From Limisphaerales bacterium (lineage in GTDB: Bacteria; Verrucomicrobiota; Verrucomicrobiia; Limisphaerales; JADJPG01), in contig JBGARF010000013.1 of NCBI GenBank assembly GCA_044230345.1, forward strand, positions 90,370-154,369: a stretch of 64,000 nt of DNA. The letters run 5' to 3'. A model generated the notes under the pieces. The model ran no database searches, was not told the origin of the DNA, and saw nothing but the letters and a program-made list of their open reading frames with translations. A program made the position numbers and the translations under genes. Each line of letters begins with the position of its first letter. Within the stretch, counting starts at the first letter, position 1. Shown piece by piece: positions 43,723 to 54,700 of this stretch.

Positions 43723-45231
43723 ATGACACGCTCAAGCCCGGCCCCTGAAGGATCCCCTGTCCGCCGCGGCCCGATGCTGGCGCTGGCCGCGGCCTTTCTC
43801 GGCTGGTTGTTCGACGGGATGGAGATGGGCATCTTTCCGATCGTCGCCCGGCCGGCCTTGCAGGCGATGCAGGCGGCGGCGCACATCGCCGACGAACAGT
43901 TCGTGCAACGCTGGATGGGAATCGTCACCGCCCTGTTCCTGCTCGGAGCGGCCTTTGGCGGGCTGGTCTTTGGCTGGTTAGGCGATCGCGTGGGCCGGGT
44001 GCGGGCCATGACCTGGAGCATTCTCTGTTACTCCCTGTTCACTGGGCTTTGTTACTTTGCCACCGCCCCGTGGCATCTGGGCGCCTTCCGGTTCATCGCC
44101 GCGCTCGGCATGGGCGGAGAATGGGCCCTGGGCGTGGCGTTGGTCATGGAAAGCTGGCCGACCCGCCTCCGCCCGCTGATGGCCGGGTTCATCGGGGCGG
44201 CCGCCAATCTCGGTTACACGCTGATCGCCATCATCGCGATCCAGTTTCCTGTCACGAGCGATTCCTGGCGCTGGGTCATGATGGTCGGCGCCGCCCCGGC
44301 CTTGTTGACCTTCTTCATTCGCCTGTTCGTCCCGGAGTCGGAACGCTGGCAGGAATCCGTCCGCCGCGGTCCCAACGCTCCCGTGCGGGAAATCTTTGGC
44401 CCGGGCCGGTTGAAGCATACCTTGCTGGCCATCGCGTTTTCGTCGGTGGCCCTGATCGTCACCTGGGGAATTGTGCAATGGATTCCGTTGTGGGCGGATC
44501 AGATGACCAGCGATCGGGTGAAAGCGGAGCAGGGGCGGTTGGTGGAGGATTTGCGCTCGATGCCCGGCGTGGCTCCGTCGGCGCTGGAATCGGCGACGGC
44601 GGCGGCGGATCGCTTGCGGCGAAACGACGCCCGGGGAGCCTTGCCGCTCATGGACACGGCGCTTGCCGCGGTCAAGGGAACTGGCTCCGGAGGGCCCGTT
44701 TCGCCGGCCGCCGGCGATTGGGTCCTGCGTCAGGAACAGACGAGGGAACGGACGACGTGGCAGCCGAAGGTGAAAGGCTACATCCAGCTGGTATCGTCGC
44801 TGGGCGCGGTGTTGGGCTGCCTGCTGGCGCCCTTGGTGGGGGGCTGGCTTGGGCGGCGTCCGGTGTATTTCGGCCTGTGCCTGCTCTCGTTGATCCTGTG
44901 CAACGGGTTGTTCCGCGGATTCACCGAATTCTCGGCCGCGTTCCTCCTCATGGTGGGGCTCGTGGGCTTTTCCACTGCCGCCTTCTATGGCTGGCTGCCG
45001 TTGTATTTGCCGGAGCTTTTTCCCACGCGCGCCCGGGCGACCGGACAGGGCTTGGCCTTCAATTTCGGGCGCATCCTCGCGGCCTTGGGCGCCTGGCAGA
45101 TGGGCCCGATCATGGCGTTCTTTGGCAAGAGCTATCCGAAGGCCGGCGCGGCGATCGTGTCGGTTTACCTGGTGGGCATGGTCCTGATCTGGTTTGCGCC
45201 GGAAACCAAGGACAAGCCGTTGCCGGAGTAG
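43723..45231 (+). CDS. MFS transporter with long central loop
   Basis: GWLGDRVGRVR motif and 12 hydrophobic helices. A ~100-aa Ala/Arg-rich insert lies between the two halves. Confidence 0.85.
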   Translation: MTRSSPAPEGSPVRRGPMLALAAAFLGWLFDGMEMGIFPIVARPALQAMQAAAHIADEQFVQRWMGIVTALFLLGAAFGGLVFGWLGDRVGRVRAMTWSILCYSLFTGLCYFATAPWHLGAFRFIAALGMGGEWALGVALVMESWPTRLRPLMAGFIGAAANLGYTLIAIIAIQFPVTSDSWRWVMMVGAAPALLTFFIRLFVPESERWQESVRRGPNAPVREIFGPGRLKHTLLAIAFSSVALIVTWGIVQWIPLWADQMTSDRVKAEQGRLVEDLRSMPGVAPSALESATAAADRLRRNDARGALPLMDTALAAVKGTGSGGPVSPAAGDWVLRQEQTRERTTWQPKVKGYIQLVSSLGAVLGCLLAPLVGGWLGRRPVYFGLCLLSLILCNGLFRGFTEFSAAFLLMVGLVGFSTAAFYGWLPLYLPELFPTRARATGQGLAFNFGRILAALGAWQMGPIMAFFGKSYPKAGAAIVSVYLVGMVLIWFAPETKDKPLPE

Positions 45232-45378
45232 CCACGAACCTCAATGAAGCCACGGCAGATTCGACGGCGCTTTCCTGACGGCAAGCGCGGTCCGTGGGAA
45301 CGCCGGCATCCTGCCGGCCAACGCGCCGTTTCGAAGCCGGTGTTCCCGGGGCGCGGCTTGTGGTGAAGGCATAATGAA

Positions 45379-46341
45379 ATGAAAGTTCTCGTCACCGGTG
45401 CCAGCGGGTTGATTGGCCAGGCCGTTTGCGCGCGCGGCGCGGCACTCGGCTGGCACTTGGTGCGACTCCGACGGGCCCGCGCCGGCGCCAGCGCCCATGG
45501 CGGTGCCGTTGTTGAAGGCGGCAGTTCGTTGGCCCCGGGCTCCGACCCCATCTGGGATCCGGTGGCGGGCTGCATCGACTGGGCGGGCGCGGGCCCGTTT
45601 GAAGCGGTGATCCATCTGGCGGGCGAAACGGTGGCGCAACGCTGGTCGGCCGCCGCGCGTCAGCGGATCTACGAGAGCCGCGTGCAGGGAACCGAGACGC
45701 TCGGGCAAGCGTTAGGCACTCTCGCCGCGCCGCCGAAGGTCGTGGTTTGCGCCTCGGCGACCGGCTTCTACGGGGATCGGGGCGAGGATTGGGTCGACGA
45801 AGATTCGTCGCCGGGCACCGGGTTTCTGGCTGACGTTTGTCGCGAATGGGAAGCCGCAGCGGAACGAACCATGGGCGGAATGACGCGGCTTGTTCGCCTG
45901 AGGTTCGGATTGGTTCTGGCGCCGCGGGGCGGGGCGTTGGCCAGGATGTTGCCGGTTTTCCGGCTGGGCTTGGGCGGGCGGTTGGGCGACGGGCGGCAGT
46001 TCTGGAGCTGGATCACGCTCGATGATCTCGTGCGGCTGATCGAAGGCGTGGTGCTGGACGAGCGCTATCGGGGAGTGATCAATGCGGTGAGCCCCGCGCC
46101 GGTGACCAACGCCGAGTTCACCCGGGCCCTGGGCCGGACACTTCATCGGCCGGCGATCTTTCCCGTGCCGCGCCTTGCGGTGCTCGCTGCCTTCGGCGAG
46201 ATGGGGCGCGAGGCCTTGCTGGCCGGCGTCCGCGTGCGCCCGCAGAAATTGCTCGACGCCGGATTCCAATTTCAGCAGCCGGAGCTGGTCGGCGCGCTCA
46301 AGGCGCTGCTGGCGTCGGGCTCCGCTTCCGAAAAACAATGA
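45379..46341 (+). CDS. TIGR01777/YfcH-type NAD-binding epimerase-family protein
   Basis: MKVLVTGASGLIGQAV Rossmann motif, and a C-terminal DUF1731-like GFQFQQPEL. Confidence 0.85.
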   Translation: MKVLVTGASGLIGQAVCARGAALGWHLVRLRRARAGASAHGGAVVEGGSSLAPGSDPIWDPVAGCIDWAGAGPFEAVIHLAGETVAQRWSAAARQRIYESRVQGTETLGQALGTLAAPPKVVVCASATGFYGDRGEDWVDEDSSPGTGFLADVCREWEAAAERTMGGMTRLVRLRFGLVLAPRGGALARMLPVFRLGLGGRLGDGRQFWSWITLDDLVRLIEGVVLDERYRGVINAVSPAPVTNAEFTRALGRTLHRPAIFPVPRLAVLAAFGEMGREALLAGVRVRPQKLLDAGFQFQQPELVGALKALLASGSASEKQ

Positions 46342-47086
46342 CGTGTTGCCAGGGCAGGCCGCGATGGGTCGTAACCCATTCGAGCGGGTGAGGTTGCATC
46401 TCCTTTCGCACCTGGGCTTCGGTCATCTTGTGCTCCTCCTTGATCGGCACCGCGGGATCCTCGCCGCGAAATTCGACGAACGCGATTCGGCCGCCGGGCC
46501 GGAGGGCGCGCACCATGTGCTCAGTCATTTCAAAGGGGTGCTCCAGCTCGTGGTAGACATCGACCAGAACAATCAGGTCCAGCGCGTTGGTCGGCAGCAT
46601 CGGATTCTGGGCAGCGCCCAGAACCGGGACGACATTCGTGATGCCTTCCTGCTCCAGCGAGTTGGTCAGCAAGGTCAGCATCTCAGGTTGAACGTCCACC
46701 GCGTGCACGCGCCCGGTCGGACCGGCGAGGCGGGCCAGTCGCCGCGTGATGTAGCCCGTGCCGCATCCAATGTCCGCGATGGCCGAGCCTTTTTTGATCT
46801 CGAGCAGCTCCACCAGCCGCGAGGTCCGCTCCTCCTGTTCCCGTTCCGGGCGCTCCAGCCAGTCCGCTGCCTGATGGCCCATCACATGGGCGATCTCCCG
46901 GCCCAGATAGAATTTACCAATCCCGTTGGGGCTGTGCACCGCCCGGAATTCGTAGCGCGACGGCGCCGGTTCGGCGGCGTGGCCCGACGCAACCGCCACC
47001 GCCCAAGCGGCCACCGCGAGCGCGCTCAGGAGGTTTCGAACAAGCCGGGTCAAATACGGATGGAACAGGGTTGGGGTCGAACGCAT
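46298..47086 (-). CDS. Secreted/periplasmic class I SAM-dependent methyltransferase
   Basis: Trimmed to ATG 47086 (signal-like [19 protein letters not shown]). Motif I is [10 protein letters not shown]. The 3' end overlaps the convergent yfcH-like gene by 44 nt. Confidence 0.8.
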   Translation of the reverse strand: MRSTPTLFHPYLTRLVRNLLSALAVAAWAVAVASGHAAEPAPSRYEFRAVHSPNGIGKFYLGREIAHVMGHQAADWLERPEREQEERTSRLVELLEIKKGSAIADIGCGTGYITRRLARLAGPTGRVHAVDVQPEMLTLLTNSLEQEGITNVVPVLGAAQNPMLPTNALDLIVLVDVYHELEHPFEMTEHMVRALRPGGRIAFVEFRGEDPAVPIKEEHKMTEAQVRKEMQPHPLEWVTTHRGLPWQHVIVFRKRSPTPAAP

Positions 47087-47271
47087 GCGCCAAGGTTGAC
47101 CGCCGACTCGGAGATGGCAAGACCCGCGTCTTTCTTGTGCAGGCTTCATTCCGGCGTCGCCGCCGCCTCGCATGCTTGCGCGGCGCCACGGAAGCGGTGG
47201 TCGCGGATGCGACAGCGTTTAAACGAGGTTTGCATTGTTCAGGGGCAGGCACTTGCTATTCTTCCGCTCGG

Positions 47272-48075
47272 ATGAATCGAGTAGCTGTCATTACTGGCGG
47301 ATCGCGCGGTATCGGGCGCGGTATCGCCCTCGATCTGGCCAAGCTGGGCTACAACCTGGTCATCAACTACGTCAGCAATGAAGGGGCGGCCCGGCGCACG
47401 ACGAAGGATTGCGCGGATGCTGGCGCCTCCGCCAACCATGAGATCCGCGCGGAAGTTTGCCAAGCCGACATCAGCAGCGCGACCGATCGCGTGAAGTTGA
47501 TCCAGTTCACGCGCGATCGTTTCGGACGCCTCGATTTGCTGGTCAACAACGCCGGCGTCGCTCCAGCCACCCGGGCGGATTTGTTGCAGGTCGAGGAGAC
47601 CAGTTTTGACCGGCTGATCAACATCAACGTCAAAGGCCCGTTCTTTCTCACCCAGCTCGCGGCCCAATGGATGATCGAACAGGCCGGCCGCGGCAATCCC
47701 GTCGCCGTCCGCTCTTACCGGCCCAAAATCGTTACCATCTCTTCGATCAGCGCCTACACCGCCTCGGTCAATCGCGGCGATTACTGTGTATCCAAGGCTG
47801 CGCTTTCGATGCTCACGCCCCTGTTCGCCTCGCGCCTGGCCGAACACGGCATCCAGGTGTTTGAAATTCGACCGGGCGTCGTCGACACCGACATGACTCA
47901 GGCGGTGCATGACAAATACGATCGCTTGATCACCGGCGGACTGACTCCCATCGCCCGCTGGGGCACTCCGGAGGACGTCGGCAAAGCCGTCGCCGCCATC
48001 GCGGGCGACGCGCTGCCGTTCAGTACCGGCGAGGTGATCAATGTCGACGGCGGATTTCACCTGCGAGTGCTCTGA
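47272..48075 (+). CDS. Short-chain dehydrogenase/reductase
   Basis: Trimmed to ATG 47272. [12 protein letters not shown] and the S...YxxxK context (YCVSK) are present. Confidence 0.85.
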   Translation: MNRVAVITGGSRGIGRGIALDLAKLGYNLVINYVSNEGAARRTTKDCADAGASANHEIRAEVCQADISSATDRVKLIQFTRDRFGRLDLLVNNAGVAPATRADLLQVEETSFDRLININVKGPFFLTQLAAQWMIEQAGRGNPVAVRSYRPKIVTISSISAYTASVNRGDYCVSKAALSMLTPLFASRLAEHGIQVFEIRPGVVDTDMTQAVHDKYDRLITGGLTPIARWGTPEDVGKAVAAIAGDALPFSTGEVINVDGGFHLRVL

Positions 48076-48080
48076 TTTCC

Positions 48081-49550
48081 ATGCCCATCCGCATTGATGA
48101 TCAACTGACCGCGGCTGGATTGCGTCGGCGCATCGAACGGATGTTCGAGCTTTCCGCCCCGAAAATCCTCGCCATCGAGAAGTCCTGGCAACACTCCGCC
48201 GGAACTCCTGTGTTCACCGTTGACGGTCGCTACACCTCGCGCGGCTGGACGGAATGGACGCAGGGTTTTCAATACGGCTCGGCGTTGCTGCAGTTCGATG
48301 TTGCCGGCGATCGGCGATTCCTGGACCTCGGGCGGCGCGGGACGCTGGAGCGAATGGCCGGTCACGTTTCGCACGTCGGCGTCCACGACCACGGTTTTAA
48401 CAACGTATCGACCTACGGCAATCTGCTGCGGTTGATGCACGAGGGGCGCTTCGACTGGAACGATCGGGAACGCGACTTCCACGAGCTGGCGCTGAAGGTC
48501 AGCGGTGCCGTACAGGCGGCGCGTTGGACCCGGCTCGCCGACGGCACGGGCTTCATCCACTCGTTCAACGGCGCACACTCGCTGTTCGTCGACACCCTCC
48601 GTTCCTGTCGCTCGCTCGCGCTCGCTCATCGGCTCGGGCACGTGCTCATGGGCGAGCAGGATGCGCGCATCTCCCTCCTGCAACGCCTGGTCGAGCACGG
48701 AAAAAATACGGCGCGTTATTCCGTCTACTACGGGACCGGACGCGATGCCTACGACGTGCGCGGCCGGACGGCGCACGAGGCGGTGTTCAATGTGGTCAAC
48801 GGTGTGTTTCGTTGCCCCAATTCCCAGCAAGGCTACTCCCCCTTCAGCACCTGGACTCGCGGGTTGGCCTGGGCCATTTGCGGGTTCGCCGAACAGTTGG
48901 AGTTTCTCGCCACGCTGTCGACGTCGGAGGTTGCTGCCGTGAGCGGACGCGAGTCGGCGACGGACGTGTTCCTCCAGGCCGCGTTGGCGACCGCGGACTT
49001 TTACCTGGAGAACTGCTGCGCCGATGGCGTGCCGATGTGGGACACCGGCGCGCCCAACCTCGGGCGATTGCCCGCCCGTTATCTGGCCCAACGCTCCAAT
49101 CCCTTCAACGCTTGGGAACCCGTCGACAGTTCGGCGGCGGCCATCGCCGCCCAAGGTTTATGGCGTCTGGGCCGTTACTTGGCGGAATCAAAAGGGAGCT
49201 TGAGCCCGAGGTCGAAATCGAAAGCGAAAGCGAAAGCGAAAGCCAAACCGGACCCTCGCTCGAACGCGAGGCGGTATCGGCAGGCGGCTCTGACCATCGC
49301 CCGCACCCTGCTGGATGAACCGTATCTTTCCAGCGATCCGAGGCATCAGGGATTGCTGCTGCATTCGGTTTATCACCGGCCCAATGGCTGGGATCACATT
49401 GCCCGCGGACAGCGAGTGCCCAATGGCGAAAGTTCCATGTGGGGCGACTATCACCTGCGCGAACTCGCGCTGCTGCTCTGGCGGGAGGCGAAAGGCGAGC
49501 CCTATCTCACGTTCTTCGCCGCAGTTCCCTCGCCGGCGAAGGGTATTTAG
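48081..49550 (+). CDS. Glycoside hydrolase family 88-like (unsaturated glucuronyl hydrolase-like)
   Basis: GWTEWTQGFQYG, HDHGFNNVSTYGN and MWGDYHLRELALLL resemble GH88 signature segments from memory. It contains an SSR-encoded SKSKAKAKAKAKP insert (49212-49247). Confidence 0.7.
   Translation: MPIRIDDQLTAAGLRRRIERMFELSAPKILAIEKSWQHSAGTPVFTVDGRYTSRGWTEWTQGFQYGSALLQFDVAGDRRFLDLGRRGTLERMAGHVSHVGVHDHGFNNVSTYGNLLRLMHEGRFDWNDRERDFHELALKVSGAVQAARWTRLADGTGFIHSFNGAHSLFVDTLRSCRSLALAHRLGHVLMGEQDARISLLQRLVEHGKNTARYSVYYGTGRDAYDVRGRTAHEAVFNVVNGVFRCPNSQQGYSPFSTWTRGLAWAICGFAEQLEFLATLSTSEVAAVSGRESATDVFLQAALATADFYLENCCADGVPMWDTGAPNLGRLPARYLAQRSNPFNAWEPVDSSAAAIAAQGLWRLGRYLAESKGSLSPRSKSKAKAKAKAKPDPRSNARRYRQAALTIARTLLDEPYLSSDPRHQGLLLHSVYHRPNGWDHIARGQRVPNGESSMWGDYHLRELALLLWREAKGEPYLTFFAAVPSPAKGI
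49212..49247 (+). repeat. In-frame hexanucleotide SSR ((S/A)-K)6 inside the GH88-like CDS
   Basis: tcgaaatcgaaagcgaaagcgaaagcgaaagccaaa read directly. Confidence 0.9.
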
Positions 49551-49909
49551 GCCGGGGGCTCCGACGGCCACTGATGGTTGAAATAGCCGACCACCGCGTC
49601 GGCTTCATCGTAAATCTCCACCCGATGAACCAATCCGGCCGTCGCCAGGCACTGCGAAAATTCACCGAGCAACGCCAGCGCGCGCTTTGCTGTGCCTTCC
49701 ACCTCACCCGAAAAGAGGAAGCATTGCGATTGGCCGGAATCCATCGCGAGGCGAATTTCGGGTCGGCTGGCGGATCGCAAATACAAGGTCCCGTCGTGCG
49801 CCGAACGGCGCAGCTCAATGCGCCACGAACATCCGGTGAGCGCCTCGGCCACCGGCGCAAGGCCGTGATCCGAGATCACCTCGCCGTAGTACAAAAATTC
49901 CTGTGCCAT
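49547..49909 (-). CDS. Hypothetical protein (120 aa)
   Basis: Track ORF 49547..50074 trimmed to ATG 49909 (MAQEFLYYGEVISDHG...). Composition is ordinary and I recognise no family. There is a 4-nt convergent overlap with the GH88-like gene. Confidence 0.4.
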   Translation of the reverse strand: MAQEFLYYGEVISDHGLAPVAEALTGCSWRIELRRSAHDGTLYLRSASRPEIRLAMDSGQSQCFLFSGEVEGTAKRALALLGEFSQCLATAGLVHRVEIYDEADAVVGYFNHQWPSEPPA

Positions 49910-50427
49910 GAATGAATGCGACAGCTGGTTTGATGCCTGCGGTCCGACGCTGCAACTCAGCGAATGTGCCGACTGTCCCCGAAATGCGCCGGCCTGCAAG
50001 CCGCGAAATCCGAAGGCGCTGCTGGGTGACCTGCCCGGAGCGGGTGCAGCTCGAAGTTGTTGGTAAAAGTTCACACTTGGCTTTCAGCGCGCTGGAGTTG
50101 GGCATTGTCCGTCCGGAGCGCAGATCCCGCCTTGCACGCCTTGCGGGATCCGCAGCGGCTCACCAAGGCCACGCGGCTTGAAGGTTCCAACGCTGGCGGC
50201 CGATTCCACCCGCTGCGGACTTGGAAGTCCGCGCTCCGATCCAACAACTTCGAGAGGCACGGGCCCGGAGGGTGCGCCCAAGCTTTGCATTGCAAGGGCG
50301 GGGCGTTTCCATAGGTTCGGCGAGGGCTCAGGGCGCAGCACGCTGCGCCCAGGGCGGTCGGGCGAAGAGCTTGAAGCGAACGTGCAGCAAACGCTGCGTG
50401 ACCAACGAACACCAAAAGAACACAGCG

Positions 50428-51576
50428 ATGAAGGTCGAAAAGCAAAAGCACGGTCAGTCGACGCTCTGCATCCATGCGGGCACGCATCTCGACGCGGCGA
50501 CCGGCGGGGCGTGCAGCCCAATTTATACCTCGACGGCATTCGCCTTTCCGAACCGCGACAACGCCAACATCTATCCGCGTTATTTCAACACGCCGAACCA
50601 GCGTGTGATCTGCCGCAAGCTCGCCGCGCTGGAGCAGGGGGAAGACGCGCTGGTTTTTGGCTCCGGCATGGCGGCGATTTCAACGTTGCTGCTGGCCCAT
50701 CTCCGTCCCGGGGACCACGCGGCATTCCAGTCCGATCTCTACGGCGGCACGCACCTGTTCGTCACCAAGGAACTGAGCCGGTTGGGCGTGGAGATCTCGT
50801 TCTGCCGCGACCTCGCGGAGTTTCGTGCGGCGTTGCGTCCGAACACTCGCCTCATTTATGTCGAGTCACCCTCAAACCCGCTGCTGCGCTGCGTGGACCT
50901 GCCAGCCATCGCCAGCCTCGGCCGTGAACACAGCGTCTTTACGGCGGTCGACAACACGTTCGCCACCCCGATCAATCAAAACCCGATCCCGCTGGGTCTG
51001 GACGCGGTGATTCACAGCGCGACGAAATATTTAAACGGACACAGCGACGTCAACGCCGGGGTGATCGTTTCCACGGCAGCTGAAATTCGGCGCCTGACGG
51101 AAGTCGCCACCAATCATGGCGGCATGCTGGATGCCCAGGCGTGCGCTCAGTTGGAGCGCGGGCTCAAGACCCTCGCTTTGCGCGTGGAGCGTCACAACGA
51201 AAACGCCGGCCAGCTCGCCCTTTTCCTGGCCAAGCATCCCGGCGTGGCCCGGGTGAATTATCCCGGCCTGCCCGATCATCCCGACCACGCGGTTGCCGCG
51301 CGTCAAATGCGCTGGTTCGGAGGAATGCTGTCGTTTGAGCTGCGTCAGGCGGAGCAGGTCGACGTGTTCCTCAGCCGATTGCGGCTGATCCTGCCGGCGT
51401 TGAGCCTGGGCGGCGTGGAAAGCCTGGTCTGTGTGCCGAGCAAAACCTCACACCGATTGCTGACGCCGGAAGAACGCCAGCGGGCCGGGATCAGCGACGG
51501 CCTGGTGCGGCTCTCGGTCGGCATCGAAGACCTCCGCGACTTGGAGAAAGACCTGACGCAAGCGCTGGACCGATAG
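50428..51576 (+). CDS. Cys/Met-metabolism PLP-dependent enzyme (cystathionine gamma-synthase / beta-lyase family)
   Basis: Trimmed to ATG 50428 (MKVEKQKHGQSTLCIHAG...). DNTFATP and HSATKYLNGHSD contain the PLP-binding lysine context. Confidence 0.85.
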   Translation: MKVEKQKHGQSTLCIHAGTHLDAATGGACSPIYTSTAFAFPNRDNANIYPRYFNTPNQRVICRKLAALEQGEDALVFGSGMAAISTLLLAHLRPGDHAAFQSDLYGGTHLFVTKELSRLGVEISFCRDLAEFRAALRPNTRLIYVESPSNPLLRCVDLPAIASLGREHSVFTAVDNTFATPINQNPIPLGLDAVIHSATKYLNGHSDVNAGVIVSTAAEIRRLTEVATNHGGMLDAQACAQLERGLKTLALRVERHNENAGQLALFLAKHPGVARVNYPGLPDHPDHAVAARQMRWFGGMLSFELRQAEQVDVFLSRLRLILPALSLGGVESLVCVPSKTSHRLLTPEERQRAGISDGLVRLSVGIEDLRDLEKDLTQALDR

Positions 51577-51713
51577 GCCGCTTTGTCGGGGCGGCGATGG
51601 AGGCCGGCCAGAATGTCGCGAAAAGCGCCTGCATCCGGGGTGCTCGTCGAGAATGCAGCCATTCGAGACCGGGATCGCCGTGGCCATCGACGAAACGCGA
51701 CTTGTGATCGGAC

Positions 51714-54700
51714 TTACGGCTGTTGGGGCGTTACCACACGGTAGAAGCGGTTGGTTGCGTAGGCGGGGTCGGGAATGAGTTCGAGGCGGTTGGTGGCGCG
51801 GGCGGGAACGTGAGCGAGCGTCTGCCACTGGCCGCCAGCCACCCGGTCGCTGAACCGCACGGTGTAGGTCCGGTTGGAGACAGCCAAGAAGCCGAGCGTG
51901 GCGGGTCGCGCCGTGAGGGTGTCGATTTTCAGGTAGCTCAAGGCGTTCGTCGGGTTGGTGCCCGCCACGTATTCCTGCCAGTTGAGCATGCCGTCGCCGT
52001 CGGCGTCCTCGGCGGCATCCGCGACCAGGTTGGTATTGAAGCCATGCAACCGTTCCCAGTTGTCGCTCAATCCGTCCCGATCGAAGTCCGGCGCAAAGGT
52101 CACTACGGCCACGACGCTGGTGACGGCGCCGGCGTTGTTGGTGACGATGACCGTGTAGTTACCGGCATTCGCGCTCGCCGCATTGGTGACGCGGAGCAGA
52201 GCGTTGGTCTGGTTGAGGACGGTGATGTTGTTGCGGCGCCACCGGTAGCTCAAGGGCGGGGTTCCGGTGGCGGTGACGGCGATGTTGAACGTCGCGCCTT
52301 GGAGTGCTTCCTGAAACACGGGCGTCGGACCGCTCACAATGACGGGACTGTCGAGCACGCTGAGCACAGCGGGAGCGCTGACGATGGAGCCGATGTCGTC
52401 GCTGATCACGACAGTGATGACGCCGCTGTTGGCCGGAAGGAGATTTGAGAGCGTGAAGGAGGCGTTGGTCGCGCCGGGGATATTCGCGCCATCGCGACGC
52501 CACTGGTAAGCGAGCGTGCCGGTACCGGTGGCGGCGACGGTGAACGTGGCGCTCGCGCCGGACAGAACGGTCAGACTCTGCGGCTGTTGAAGGATGATGG
52601 GCGCGACGATGATGGTGAGGAGGGCGTTGGAGCTCCACGCTGAACCCGAGCCGTTGAAGACAGACACGTCGTAGGAACCCAGCTGGCTGTACTGAATGTT
52701 GGTCAACATCAGCGCAGCGTTGGTCCCGTTGATGAGATTTATTCCGTTGTGGCGCCATTGATACCTGAGCGGACCGTCGCCGTTGGCGATCACGGTAAAG
52801 GTCGCGCTCTGAAAGGCGACGACGGATTGGCCCGTCGGCTGTGCGGTGATGACGGGCACGCCCCCGGTGGCGTAGGGGGCGGCGGCGCCGGGGGCAGCGG
52901 CGACCCAATTCGCCGGATCGTTACCATAGGCATTCGCGCTGCGGCGTTGGAGCGAGGTGCCGTCACCGTCGGCGCCGGGCCAGGGGGTCGAGTCGTTGTA
53001 ATCCACTTTGTCCACGATCACGTAGGGAACGCCAGAAGGCAGGGGCGTCGCGGGTTTCTTGAGTTCCACGTCGCCGCCGGAGTTGTCGAGCTTGCCGCTA
53101 TAGGGGCCGAAGAGTTGCACGCTGGGGCCGACGCTGTACTTCGCACGAAAGGCGACGAGGGCAGCGGGGTCGGTCGTGGGGTTGAAGTTCACCAACAGCA
53201 GGCGTTCACCAGGCGCGAGAGACTTGTTTGTCGGAAAGGTGAAATCCGCACTCCCGGAGAGCTTCCAGGTGTTCGCCGCGTTGGCGGGGTCGAAAAGCTG
53301 GACGGTGCCGGCAGTGAGGTTGAGCAATTCGATGAATTCGTCTGCACTGTTGTCGTTCGTTCCGAGATCCGGCGGATGGAACATGATCTCCGTGATGACC
53401 ACGGGCCCGATGCGCGGCCCGCTGTTAAGCGCATTTAAAGTGACGAACGTTTGCGCGACGAAGTGTTCGTCGCCGGTGCTGGTGACGTGACGGCCAAAGG
53501 TGACGCCGTTCTCCGCTGCGCCGAACCGGAAGCCGTGAACGCGGCCAGTCAGGTTCGTGTTCGCGTCGGCGCTAAAGAGCCAGACCTGTCCGCCGTCCGA
53601 GCCGAGCGCGAAGCCAGCGCCGAGAGGGTTAAACTGGGCTTCGGTGAAAACGGCATAGCTGCCGGCTCCGATGGTGGTGGCGTCCGGGATGCGGAACTTT
53701 TTCGGTGTGTTGAAGGCGTCGCTCAGGAACCAGCCGCCGATGTTCACGTTCGTCGCGGTGGGGTTGAACAGTTCGATGGTGTCGGTGGGGGGCGCCACGT
53801 CTGTGCGCGTCAGCGCCTCGTTGATGACGATGGGGGCCAGGGCGGGCGGCGTCGGCTCGGAGGCGCCGGGGGAACCGCCGAGCGCGCCGCTTGCGCGCCA
53901 GCTCGTTTTGCGGCCCCAAGTGTCGAAAGCCGCGGTGGCGTCCGCGATGACGAGCGAAAACCCGTGGCCATCGGTAATGGGATGCCAGCCGTTCTCGTAG
54001 TCGAAATCGAGAATCTCCTCGCCGCGCGCGTCCACGAGACGGAGGCGCTCTCCGCTGTTGTCGAGGCTGCCAGTGAACCCGCCGGCGACAGGCAGGCCGC
54101 TGCCGTAGCGCGCCGCGAAGGCGGCGGGGTTCTTCACGATCAACACTCGTGCGTTGGCGGCAAGCGTCGTCACCGCGCTGCCGGCAAAGTTGAACTCGAT
54201 GCCGCTGATGAAGCGGATTCCGGTGAGGTCGAGGGCTTGCGTGGGCGAAGTGTTCTGCAGTTCGATGAACTCGAACTCCTCTGCGCTGTTGGTGTTCCCG
54301 GCGAGTGGCGCGGGATGATACATGATTTCTGTGATTCGAAGAAACTGTTGAGCAAGGCTGGGCGCGGCGGGATGCCCCAAGGTCTGCACCGTGCGGCCCC
54401 AACGGTCGATGAGCTGGAGCGAGCCGCCGCGGGCGCTGAGGTTGCCCTGATAGTTTCCCTGCACGAACAGGCCCTGCCCGCCACGTGGGCCGGCGTTGCG
54501 GGCGCGGAACTCGGTCACATTCGGCGAGAGATACATCACGCTGTTGGAAGTCATGACGGTCGCTGGCTTGAAGTCGAACTCCACGTCGCCGCGCACGCGC
54601 CAGCCGGTCAGGTCCACGGCGACCGGGTTCGGGTTGGTCACGCAAATGTATTCCTGCTGCTGATTGCCGCTGGCGGGGTTTACGTCGAGTGAGTGGAATT

